Of a stretch of DNA of 51,176 nucleotides, positions 30,132-39,235 are shown in pieces. The position numbers and the translations under genes are program-made. The DNA lies in the NCBI GenBank assembly GCA_947589195.1, contig CANPZX010000002.1, positions 1 to 51,176 of the forward strand, given 5' to 3'. Origin of the DNA: an uncultured Bacilli bacterium. GTDB lineage: Bacteria > Bacillota_I > Bacilli_A > RF39 > UBA660. The notes beneath the pieces are model-generated. The model was not told where the DNA came from and searched no databases. It was given only the letters and a program-made list of their open reading frames with translations. Position 1 is the first letter of the stretch. Each line of letters begins with the position of its first letter.

Positions 30132-30159
30132 AAGAGTTTGCATTATCAACACAAACTCT
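30132..30159 (-). terminator. Terminator downstream of fic
   Basis: AAGAGTTTG...CAAACTCTT inverted repeat. Confidence 0.6.
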
Positions 30160-30974
30160 TAATTCATTTTTAAATCATCATTATTTAAACTATAATCTTT
30201 ATTTAATAACAAATTTTCAAAAAACATAATTAAATATTTATTTGTTTCTTTAATACCTTTACTATAATTAGTATAATTTGCTCTTACTAAAGCATTTCTA
30301 AAATATAATGCATTATCCTTAAACAATTCATTATTAATATTAAATCCCATACTGATTAAATATTTTTGAATAAATACAGCAGTTGTTCTAGTATTACCTT
30401 CTTGGAATGGATGTACTTGCCATAGCCTAGAAGTAAATTCAACAATTCTATTTATTAGTTCTTCTTCATTAAATTTAGTATAATCTATTTCCTTTTCTTC
30501 ATTAAAATCATAGTTTAATGTTTCTTCAATTAAATCATACGATTGATATTGAACTGTATCGCCATTAAGTATAGGTTCATCTTTTGTAAAATTATAAGTT
30601 CTAAATACTCCTGGATTATATTTTTTCTTATCTAAATTAGTAAATAATCTTTTATGATAATTTTTAAAAGTAAGAACATCAAATCTAAATGATTTATCAC
30701 TTAATATTTCATAAATAACAGTTGCAACTTCATCTGCTTCTTCTTCATCATCGTCATCATGATTATCTTTATTTTTCCTATAATAGGAAGTTATTTCTTT
30801 TTGTACTTCTTGATAAGTCTTTTTTCCCTCAATATGTTCTAAAGATAATTCTTTCATATATTTAGAAGGTTTTAATCCATCGACATCTTGAAGACCAAAA
30901 GCTATATCCCAATATAATTGTTTTACTTTAGGGCTAGTTTCTTCTTCTACTTTATCATAAGTTATTTCATCCAT
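30159..30974 (-). CDS. Fic-domain protein with N-terminal VbhA-like (autoinhibitory) segment
   Basis: HPFQEGNTRTT Fic motif; N-terminal IAFGLQDVDGLKPS. Confidence 0.9.
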   Translation of the reverse strand: MDEITYDKVEEETSPKVKQLYWDIAFGLQDVDGLKPSKYMKELSLEHIEGKKTYQEVQKEITSYYRKNKDNHDDDDEEEADEVATVIYEILSDKSFRFDVLTFKNYHKRLFTNLDKKKYNPGVFRTYNFTKDEPILNGDTVQYQSYDLIEETLNYDFNEEKEIDYTKFNEEELINRIVEFTSRLWQVHPFQEGNTRTTAVFIQKYLISMGFNINNELFKDNALYFRNALVRANYTNYSKGIKETNKYLIMFFENLLLNKDYSLNNDDLKMN

Positions 30975-31073
30975 AAAACTATCTCCTTTTACTATTTTTC
31001 CCTTTATTTATACATATTTTCTTTTATCCTCTTTTTTAAAAGTAATTTATATATAGATCTATTTTTATCTATC

Positions 31074-31157
31074 AAAAAATGACATTACTCGATATAATGT
31101 TTTTAAACATAAACAATACACAAGAATCGAAGTAATGTCATGTCTAAAATTATATCA
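31074..31157 (-). promoter_or_regulatory. Extended -10 promoter followed by a terminator-forming leader upstream of fic
   Basis: TGaTATAAT at 31149-31157; inverted repeat arms 31126-31141 and 31079-31093 followed by a U tract. Confidence 0.55.
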
Positions 31158-31215
31158 GATATTATTAAAATTTTAAATAGTAATTTCACTTAAGTCAAAA
31201 ATTCACTTAATTTTA

Positions 31216-31600
31216 GGGTGTAAATTTTTTTTGTAGGTAAAATAGTAGTTATTGATTCAAAAATTTAACTACTATTTTTTCTTTTCATCCCAATATTAAC
31301 TTTCTTGATAACATCTTAAAACTATTAATAATTAGCACCTTCAACACTCCATCTTATACCTACTTGTTTTAATCTTTGTTGTACTATTATTTTATTAGAA
31401 TTTTCTATGGCTCCACTTCCTACAAACCATCCATTATGTTCATAAGTTGAATAATCTATTTTATTTTTATTATTTTTTAGATAAATTGGTAGATTACAAA
31501 CAGTTGATGGTATCTTTATATTTTTTTAATTTTTCTTCCTTTAAATTCATACCCAATTACACTATCAAATCTCCTTTACCTACAAAAAAAATTTACACCC
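31216..31600 (-). mobile_element. 385-bp MITE / internally deleted IS of the Mutator-like ISKra4/ISLre2 group
   Basis: Perfect 26-bp terminal inverted repeats (GGGTGTAAATTTTTTTTGTAGGTAAA); 9-bp target duplication TTAATTTTA (31207-31215, 31601-31609); transposase relic NKIDYSTYEHNGWFVGSGAIENSNKIVVQQRLKQVGIRWSVEGA. Confidence 0.92.
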
Positions 31601-31668
31601 TTAATTTTACTTCTTTTCTTCATGTCTTTTTTTATTAATTACTATTTTTCCATAAAACTTTTCACATT

Positions 31669-31712
31669 TTTATAATAACATAAAACCTCGAAAATAAAAA
31701 CATAACGTTTTA
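31669..31712. repeat. Direct repeat copy 2
   Basis: Matches 30073-30117 with one indel. Confidence 0.9.
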
Positions 31713-31843
31713 CCCTAAAAAGTTTACATATTTAACATATTTCTTATAAATTTAATCAGGGCTTTTTTTGATAAAAATCAACACATTTAATTTACGTTTC
31801 TACTTTTTTACGATAAAATATTAACTAGAAAAGGACTGATAAT

Positions 31844-32092
31844 ATGAAAGAAGTTGGAAAAAATTTAAAAAGAATTAGACTATTAAAAAACTTATCATTA
31901 AAAGAAGCCGGTCGTTTGTTAAATATGTCTGCTCCTGCCATTTCAAAATATGAAAAATGTTAGATACAACCTGATTTTCAAAAACTTATTGAATTTGCTA
32001 AAGCATATAATGTTAAAGTACTAGATTTATTAAAAACCTATAATATGGCCGAAATGAAGTTTAATTCATTTCGAAAAAGGCAACGACTTTAG
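31844..32092 (+). pseudogene. XRE-family HTH regulator pseudogene
   Basis: AAAGGA RBS; MKEVGKNLKRIRLLKNLSLKEAGRLLNMSAPAISKYEKC*IQPDFQKLIEFAKAYNVKVLDLL...FRKRQRL*; in-frame TAG at 31961. Confidence 0.85.
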
Positions 32093-32125
32093 AAGGAAAA
32101 TTTGATAATATTATTAAAGAAATTG

Positions 32126-32157
32126 AAAAAAATTTAGTAACGTACTAAATTTTTTTA
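32126..32157. terminator. Bidirectional terminator
   Basis: AAAAAAATTTAGTA-ACG-TACTAAATTTTTTT. Confidence 0.65.
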
Positions 32158-32254
32158 TTTCTAAATGAAATATCCTTTACTGCAAGGCAATGTTTTTTTA
32201 TTCATAAATACTAAATAGATTAGTAAAATCATCCTATTTTAATGGACGATATAA

Positions 32255-33442
32255 TTACCTCATTAATAACCAATCTAAAGCATTCATCTTTTTTATACCA
32301 TCATATGATACTTCCGGATCTATATCCATGGTAAGAATATATTTAGGATAATGATCTTTTATTGATTGAAGTGCCGATAATTCTCTTTCTAAAGTATGCT
32401 CATATCTTACAGTATAAGCAACTTGATAATATATTATCCCTTCTTTATTCTCGGCAACAAAGTCCACTTCTTTATTATCATTCTTTCCAACATAAACTTT
32501 ATATCCTCTTCTTTTTAATTCAAGATAAACTATATTTTCTAAAACATGACCTAAATCAACATTTTTACGTCCAAGTAAAGCATAACGCATTGTTATATCT
32601 GTTGCATAATATTTATCCCCTGTTTGCAAATATTGTTTTCCCTTTATATCATACCGAGAGACTTTATTAAAAATATAACTTTCAGTTAAAGCATCTAAAT
32701 AACTCTCTACAGTATGAACACTTATATTTCGCCCATTACTAGTTAAAGTGTCAGCAATTTTCTTAACAGACATAGTTGAACCAACCGTAGAAAATAAAAA
32801 CTCTACAACACTTTTCAACATACTTGTATCAGTTATTTTTTTTCTTGTAGCTATATCCTTAACAATTATGGTATTAAATAAACTTTCTAAATAAGCATCA
32901 ACTTGATCGCTATTTTGAAGACTTAAAGCATAAGGAAATGAACTATTATTAATATATTTTAAATATAATTTTTCATTATTTTCTTCTTTATAGTATTCTT
33001 TATATTCTTTAAAAGATAACGGAAGCATTTTTATCTCAATATATCTTCCTGAAAGAAGTGTAGCAAGTTCGCCAGATAAAAGTTTGGCATTTGAACCAGT
33101 TATATAAAGATCTATATTTTTTAAAATATATAATCCATCCACTGCTTTTTGAAATTCTGAAATTGATTGTACTTCATCAAGAAAAACATAATATTTTTGG
33201 CTATCTTTTATTTTTCCCTTTACAAAATCATATAGTTCTTTAAAGTTAGCAAAATTAAAATCAGGCGATTCTAAATTTATTAAAATTATATGATTATCTT
33301 TTATACCAGATTTTTTTAATTCATCGATATATAAGGAAAATAAAGTTGATTTACCACAATTTCTTATTCCTGTGATAGCTTTAATCAAATCTTTATCTTT
33401 CCATGATATTAGTTTTTTTAAATATTCATTTCTTTTGAACAT
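32255..33442 (-). CDS. AAA_14/DUF4143 ATP-binding protein (start probably 33442)
   Basis: TGIRNCGKS, FLDEVQ, ITGSNAKLLSGELATLLSGRY, LENIVYLEL, EVDFVA, YYQV. Confidence 0.9.
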   Translation of the reverse strand: MFKRNEYLKKLISWKDKDLIKAITGIRNCGKSTLFSLYIDELKKSGIKDNHIILINLESPDFNFANFKELYDFVKGKIKDSQKYYVFLDEVQSISEFQKAVDGLYILKNIDLYITGSNAKLLSGELATLLSGRYIEIKMLPLSFKEYKEYYKEENNEKLYLKYINNSSFPYALSLQNSDQVDAYLESLFNTIIVKDIATRKKITDTSMLKSVVEFLFSTVGSTMSVKKIADTLTSNGRNISVHTVESYLDALTESYIFNKVSRYDIKGKQYLQTGDKYYATDITMRYALLGRKNVDLGHVLENIVYLELKRRGYKVYVGKNDNKEVDFVAENKEGIIYYQVAYTVRYEHTLERELSALQSIKDHYPKYILTMDIDPEVSYDGIKKMNALDWLLMR

Positions 33443-33461
33443 TATTTTCCCCCTTATTTTA

Positions 33462-35552
33462 CTATTTCTTAAAAACATCTAAAATGATACTTTTAGTTTT
33501 CTCTTGACTATATTCTTCTACTGTATTATAGGCATTTTTAATTAACTCATTTTTCTCTTTAGCTTTTAAATTTAAAAATTTTAAAATAGCCTCTTCTAAA
33601 GTTTTCTCTTCATAAGGATTAAATGGTAAACTATTTTGTTTATTTAAATAACTACCTGGTCCATAAAGATTTGAACCGATTACCAGCGTTTCACAAGCCA
33701 TCGCTTCTAAACCCGTTAAACCTAGACTTTCACTTTTCCGTCTTGTCGGATAAATTAAAGCCTCTAAAGAATTATAAACATAAACTAATTCTTCTTGTGA
33801 TAAGAAATCTTTTCGAATAATTAATTTACTAAGTTTATTTTTCTTAATTAATTTTTCTAATATATCCACTTCACTACCTGAACCAACTATTAAAAATTTA
33901 ATATTTTTTAATTTAGTTGAAGTTTTAATATTATAAATTGCATTAATTAAAGTATCATATCCTTTATCTTTTTCAATTCGGGAAATAAAACCTAGATATT
34001 TATATTTAGAGTTTAATCCAGATAGTTTAAGAGCTTCTTTTCTTGGTATTTTTTTAAATTTAGTTAAATCTACTCCCCCCGCCGGATAGATAGTTATTTT
34101 ACTTTTATTTACTTGATACTCACTAGTTAAAACATCTTGAAAGTATTTAGATGGAGCTATTACATTGTCAGCATATTTTAAGAAAAAACGACTACGTTTA
34201 ATATTTTTATTATCAATTTTAGTATCCGCGACAATATCATTACCATGAACATTTAAAATTAACTTGGTTTGATAAGAGGTAAGATAAGGAATAAATATTG
34301 GTATCGTACTGTGCGAAATAAAATGAACATAGTAATAACTATAATTATTAACTAAAGCTTTGAAAAAACTAGCAAGATAAAAGCTAATATATTTAATTAA
34401 TTTATCTAATATATTGGAACTTTTAGTCATTTTTACTAAATCAATTTGATAACCATTTTCTTTTAAAAGTTCGTAAGTATGATCAACAAATACCCCATAA
34501 TGTGGATACTTTTTACTAGGATACATATTAGTTATTAACAATATATCCCTCTTTTCTTCTGGTTGTTTATTAAAGATAAAAATTAAACTTACTAACGTAA
34601 AGGCAAAAATGTTAGTTAAAATATTAAAGCCAAAGAAACTAAGAAGAATAGTAAAAATAAAAGTCAATAAGTAAACATTTTTTAATTTAGCATTTTTTAA
34701 AATATAAAAAATAAAACTTAAATAAATTAATGAACCCACTATCCCTAGATTAAAGAAAATAGTTAATAAATCAATATTAGTTTGAAAACTAAATAAACCG
34801 AGTAGCTTATTTAAAGCTTGAGTATCCAAAAAATTTTGAAAAATAGTCGAAACTGAAGTAAAAGAAGTAAAATCTACTCTACTCATAAGTGCTAGATTGG
34901 GTAAATAACTAGTTAAGAATAAAAGAAAAACTAAAATAGTAATTAAAGATTTTAAATAATTTGTTCTAAAGAAATTTAAAATACTTTTAAAATTAGTTAA
35001 AATAAAATATATTATTGTCATAATAAAACAAAGATAACCAATTAAACTATTTAAAGAAAAAAGTGCATAAGTAAATATTACCATTAGAATTAACTTAAAT
35101 AAATAATTATTCGTCTTAATAATAGTAAGAATAAATAAAGGCATAGTTATTAAAAATAAAGAAATGATTAAATTACTAAAAGGATTAATAATTATAAATA
35201 AAGATAAAATTATAAAAATAAGGGTTAAGATATTTTTATTTAATTTAATATTATGCCTAATAAAATATAAACTAAAAAATAAAGGTAAATATAAATTTAT
35301 AAAATGAAGAATATTAGGTATTAAATTAGGTAAATCTTCTCTAAATAAGTAAATTATATTAATAATAAAATAAATTCCCCAACTTAATAATATTTTCTTA
35401 TCTTGTTTATTTTTGATTAAATAAATCAAAGTAATAAGTAAAGGAATCAATATTATAATTCTTAAATTATTAAAAAAATATGCCATACTTGTTAAGATTA
35501 ATATAATAATTAAGCCTAATAAATTGGAAAAATTTTCTTTAGTCATAATCAT
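33462..35552 (-). CDS. Fusion of polytopic O-antigen-ligase/polymerase-like membrane domain and GT4 glycosyltransferase
   Basis: About 330 aa hydrophobic N-terminus with IDLLTIFFNLGIVG; C-terminal NMYPS, HGND, SRIEKDKG, ESLGLTGLEAMAC. Confidence 0.75.
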   Translation of the reverse strand: MIMTKENFSNLLGLIIILILTSMAYFFNNLRIIILIPLLITLIYLIKNKQDKKILLSWGIYFIINIIYLFREDLPNLIPNILHFINLYLPLFFSLYFIRHNIKLNKNILTLIFIILSLFIIINPFSNLIISLFLITMPLFILTIIKTNNYLFKLILMVIFTYALFSLNSLIGYLCFIMTIIYFILTNFKSILNFFRTNYLKSLITILVFLLFLTSYLPNLALMSRVDFTSFTSVSTIFQNFLDTQALNKLLGLFSFQTNIDLLTIFFNLGIVGSLIYLSFIFYILKNAKLKNVYLLTFIFTILLSFFGFNILTNIFAFTLVSLIFIFNKQPEEKRDILLITNMYPSKKYPHYGVFVDHTYELLKENGYQIDLVKMTKSSNILDKLIKYISFYLASFFKALVNNYSYYYVHFISHSTIPIFIPYLTSYQTKLILNVHGNDIVADTKIDNKNIKRSRFFLKYADNVIAPSKYFQDVLTSEYQVNKSKITIYPAGGVDLTKFKKIPRKEALKLSGLNSKYKYLGFISRIEKDKGYDTLINAIYNIKTSTKLKNIKFLIVGSGSEVDILEKLIKKNKLSKLIIRKDFLSQEELVYVYNSLEALIYPTRRKSESLGLTGLEAMACETLVIGSNLYGPGSYLNKQNSLPFNPYEEKTLEEAILKFLNLKAKEKNELIKNAYNTVEEYSQEKTKSIILDVFKK

Positions 35553-35561
35553 ACCTCCGCT

Positions 35562-35978
35562 TTATTTTTTAAAGACAAATATTTTACTTAAAATATAGTT
35601 AGCAATAATAACTAATATTTGACTAATTAATTTAGCTAAAGTATCACTTTGTCTAAGTAAACTGACAAAGATAAACATTATTAACATATCTAATAATAAT
35701 GTGGAAAGTCTCGCCCCAAAAAAACTGATTATTTCTTTAAGATATTCTTTACTTTTACTTTGAAAAACAAAAATTCGATTAGTAATATAAGCAAATAAAA
35801 CGGCACCTACCCACGATAAGACATTAGCAATCTGTAATTCTAAAGAATTACTAGCATCTAAAAAAGTATGTACACATATAAAATAGATAATTAAATTAAT
35901 TAAAGTAGTTAAAACTCCCACTACTAAGTAATTAATAATTTCGCGATATTCTTGATAAAGCTTACTTATTTTTTGCAT
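35562..35978 (-). CDS. GtrA family flippase
   Basis: YLVVGVLTTLIN, FAYITNRIFVF, NYILSKIFVFKK. Confidence 0.92.
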   Translation of the reverse strand: MQKISKLYQEYREIINYLVVGVLTTLINLIIYFICVHTFLDASNSLELQIANVLSWVGAVLFAYITNRIFVFQSKSKEYLKEIISFFGARLSTLLLDMLIMFIFVSLLRQSDTLAKLISQILVIIANYILSKIFVFKK

Positions 35979-37020
35979 TTTTCTCCCTCCGTTTAAATAA
36001 AATATCTGTTTTTAAAACTATAAATAAGAAAAGAATCATTAAGCCAATATAAATTAAAATGGCATAAGTTGTATCCCCTAAAGCATAAAAGATGGATATT
36101 CCCGCAAATAAGATATCAATAGCATAAATTATTAATAAGGATGCTTTAGTGGAAAATTCTAGTTTTAAAAGTTGATGATGTAAATGAAGTTTATCCGGAG
36201 TATTAAAAGGATTTTGATGTTTTAAAATCCGCCGAATAATCGAAAATATAACATCAATTATTGGGGTGGCTAAAATTACTAAAGGAATAAGTAAAGAAGT
36301 AAACGTGGCTGTTTTATAACCTAATAAAGCGGTCACGGCAATGATAAAGCCTAAGAAATTACTTCCGGTATCTCCCGCATACATATAGGCAGGAGGAAAA
36401 TTATAAACTAAAAAGCCAAGAATTGAACCTAACATAATTAAACATAAGGTTGTATCAAGACCATTTTGCATATTCATTATAAAGGCAATGATAGAAATAG
36501 TAGCAAAGTAAATTGCACTTATCCCCGATGATAATCCATCTAATCCATCTGATAAGTTAATAGCATTCGTAATAGCAACAATTATAATGATGGTAATTAG
36601 GTAATTAAAAGGAGGAGCAATATTTAAATTAAATCCAAGAATAGATAAGTAATCAACTGTTATATGACCATAAAAAGCAATAATACAAGCAGCAAATATT
36701 TGGACAATTAATTGATATTTAGCTTTAAGCGGATTTATATCATCAATCATACCCATAATTATTAAGAAAAAACTACCCATTAATATCGATAACATTTGGA
36801 CACTACTTTCCGCATAAAGCATATAACCTATTAAAAAAGAAATAAAGATAGCTAAACCACCTAAAGTAGGCATAGGTACTTTATTTAAACGTCTATTATT
36901 AGGATAATCTAAAGCTTTGACATGATAAGCTATTTTACGAACTATAGGAGTTAATATTAAACTACTTAAAAATGTTATAAATATAATAATAAAAACATTA
37001 TGGCCATTTACTGTAAGCAT
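35962..37020 (-). CDS. tagO: Undecaprenyl-phosphate GlcNAc-1-phosphate transferase (TagO/WecA/RgpG)
   Basis: PTLGGLAI, GMIDD, NAINLSDGLDGL, GDTGS, DKLHLHHQL. Confidence 0.92.
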   Translation of the reverse strand: MLTVNGHNVFIIIFITFLSSLILTPIVRKIAYHVKALDYPNNRRLNKVPMPTLGGLAIFISFLIGYMLYAESSVQMLSILMGSFFLIIMGMIDDINPLKAKYQLIVQIFAACIIAFYGHITVDYLSILGFNLNIAPPFNYLITIIIIVAITNAINLSDGLDGLSSGISAIYFATISIIAFIMNMQNGLDTTLCLIMLGSILGFLVYNFPPAYMYAGDTGSNFLGFIIAVTALLGYKTATFTSLLIPLVILATPIIDVIFSIIRRILKHQNPFNTPDKLHLHHQLLKLEFSTKASLLIIYAIDILFAGISIFYALGDTTYAILIYIGLMILFLFIVLKTDILFKRREKNAKNK

Positions 37021-37082
37021 CTTATCACTTCCTGTATTTATTATAACCTAAGAACATAAAAAAAAGAAGAAATACTAACATT

Positions 37083-37802
37083 TTATTTCCTTTTTAAAGT
37101 TAAATTTAATTCTTTACCATACTTATAATTTTTTAAAGCTGAATTATAATGATTAACCAAAGCTTCTTCTAAACTTATATTATCTGTTTCTAATAAAAGT
37201 TCTTCACTCATAATTCTTTTTCCCATAACTTTTTGTTTAATAAAATTATCTTTTTTAATTAGAACTTCTGATATAACCGAAACATTAGGTTTTATATCAT
37301 ATAAAGTTTTATCATTATTAAAAAAATCAATTAATGATGTATTTATATTTATTCCATTATCTATTCCTTTAATTAAAGAAAATAAATTACATTTTTGAAT
37401 TCTTTCTAAATGATAAATTACAGTTTCTAAAAATTTTTTATTATCAAATCTTAATATATCAATTTGCATTTTTTTAGCATTCTCTGTTATAAAAAATTGT
37501 AAACTAGGATACCAAAGCATTTTATATTTTTTTATTTCTTCTGTTAAAAAACGAGCATTAAATGGTTCTAAATAAATTAAATTATTATTCCAATTAAGAG
37601 TATAAATTAATGATGTTTCAAGATCTTTAAAAATAAATGGGGCAATGATTTCTAAATGAGACCATAAATTAGTACAAATCCATTCCATTTTTTTTAAAGC
37701 TAATAGTTGTTCTTTTTTTACTTTAGAATAACCACTTACATCTTGATGTTCTAAAACTAATTTTTTAATTGTTTCTTCCAAAGAATTTGGCATAAATTTC
37801 AC
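37083..37802 (-). CDS. Hypothetical protein
   Basis: Open frame of about 237-239 codons with AGGTGA RBS; no recognised motif. Confidence 0.7.
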   Translation of the reverse strand: MKFMPNSLEETIKKLVLEHQDVSGYSKVKKEQLLALKKMEWICTNLWSHLEIIAPFIFKDLETSLIYTLNWNNNLIYLEPFNARFLTEEIKKYKMLWYPSLQFFITENAKKMQIDILRFDNKKFLETVIYHLERIQKCNLFSLIKGIDNGININTSLIDFFNNDKTLYDIKPNVSVISEVLIKKDNFIKQKVMGKRIMSEELLLETDNISLEEALVNHYNSALKNYKYGKELNLTLKRK

Positions 37803-37833
37803 CTAGTGATTTAGTATATTAAATTATTTATTT

Positions 37834-38616
37834 TTATGCAATATTTTCTTGATTAATTAATTTTTCAATAGCTTTAATAGCAACATTTATTTCCTTATCT
37901 ACATCAAATACTTCTTCATTATCTAAACCTAATTTTTCTCTTTCTTGATTCCAAATAACTAATAACACCGCGGCAGCTTTTAATTTAAGAATACTAGAAA
38001 CTATATATAAGGTAGCAGTTTCCATTTCACTACACAAACACCCAGCTTTACACCATGCTAGCCATTTATTTTCTAACTCATAACTAATTGGCATCCGCTT
38101 AGGATCATGTTGTCCATAAAAAGAATCTTTACATTGTACAATACCAACATGATTAGGATAACCTAGCTCTTGGGCAGAATCTCTTAAAGCTACAACTAAA
38201 TCAATATCCGCAACCGCGGGAAATTCAATAGGTACATATTCTTTACTTGTTCCTTCTTGTCTTATAGCTCCACTTGCTATGACAATATCCCCGGCTTTTA
38301 CTCCAATTTGCATACCCCCACTAGTTCCCACACGAATTAAGTTTTTAATACCTAACATGGCTAGTTCCTCAACACAAATAGCTGTTGATGGTCCACCCAT
38401 GCCTGTGGAAATTACTAAAATTTTTTCACCTTTAATCTCACCTAAAAAACTAGTATATTCCCGATTAGTTTTTAAAAATAACGGATTATCTAACTTTTCC
38501 GCGATTAATTTAACTCTTCCCGGATCTCCTGGTAAAATAGCATATCTTGCTCCTTGTAAATCTTCTTTTTTTAAACCAATATGGTACATTACTTCATTTT
38601 TTTGCATTTTCTTCAC
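37834..38616 (-). CDS. udp: Uridine phosphorylase
   Basis: LPGDPGR, NREY, STGMGGPSTAI, RVGTSG, DSFYGQ, EMETA. Confidence 0.95.
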   Translation of the reverse strand: MKKMQKNEVMYHIGLKKEDLQGARYAILPGDPGRVKLIAEKLDNPLFLKTNREYTSFLGEIKGEKILVISTGMGGPSTAICVEELAMLGIKNLIRVGTSGGMQIGVKAGDIVIASGAIRQEGTSKEYVPIEFPAVADIDLVVALRDSAQELGYPNHVGIVQCKDSFYGQHDPKRMPISYELENKWLAWCKAGCLCSEMETATLYIVSSILKLKAAAVLLVIWNQEREKLGLDNEEVFDVDKEINVAIKAIEKLINQENIA

Positions 38617-38689
38617 CTATAATAATTATATCAAGATTATTTAAAAATGTCTTTATTTCTAAAAAATAAAAATGTTATTTCTAACATTT

Positions 38690-39235
38690 CTATTTAATTT
38701 TAATATTTAGTTCATCTATATTTAATGTTGGATGTTTGATTACCCTAACAAGTTCCATCGGAACTGGATTTTGATATCCTGATGATTTCATAAATCTAGT
38801 TGTCGGATCAGAAGTCATAGTATTACCATTATCTGCTGCGGGGATAAAATATTCTTTATAAGCTGGACATTCTAAAATAACTTCTCCATATTTTAAACAG
38901 ACCCCACCTAAATACCAATTTATTCCTTTATTATTATTGTATATTTCACCATCAATTTCTCTTTCTTCATATTCATCATCTTCACTATAGCCATATATGT
39001 AACCTAATTTTACATATCTTTCATATTCTTGTTCATTAACTGCTCGATAAACATGATCTCTTTTAAGAACATAACCATTTATTTCTTTTACTAAATAATC
39101 TCGACCTAATAACATTTTTTCGCGAGCTGTTAACGTATTACTTAATCCATTTAAAATTTTTTCTTGAGCCTTTCTTCTTTCCGAATCACTTGACAAAGGC
39201 ATAGAAAAAGCATTATATAAATCCACATTAATCAC
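38690..39235 (-). CDS. Hypothetical protein (start possibly GTG at 39226)
   Basis: Open 181-codon frame abutting the upstream stop; HVYRAV motif. Confidence 0.7.
   Translation of the reverse strand: MINVDLYNAFSMPLSSDSERRKAQEKILNGLSNTLTAREKMLLGRDYLVKEINGYVLKRDHVYRAVNEQEYERYVKLGYIYGYSEDDEYEEREIDGEIYNNNKGINWYLGGVCLKYGEVILECPAYKEYFIPAADNGNTMTSDPTTRFMKSSGYQNPVPMELVRVIKHPTLNIDELNIKIK

Noticed and set aside
31447-31638. 63-aa plus-strand ORF
   Set aside because: Lies antisense to the transposase relic and crosses the MITE end; low-complexity translation.
34075-34080. C6 run in the GT4 fusion gene, and the many A/T homopolymers
   Set aside because: Too short for efficient slippage and explained by Ala-Gly-Gly codons; A/T runs are expected at this base composition.
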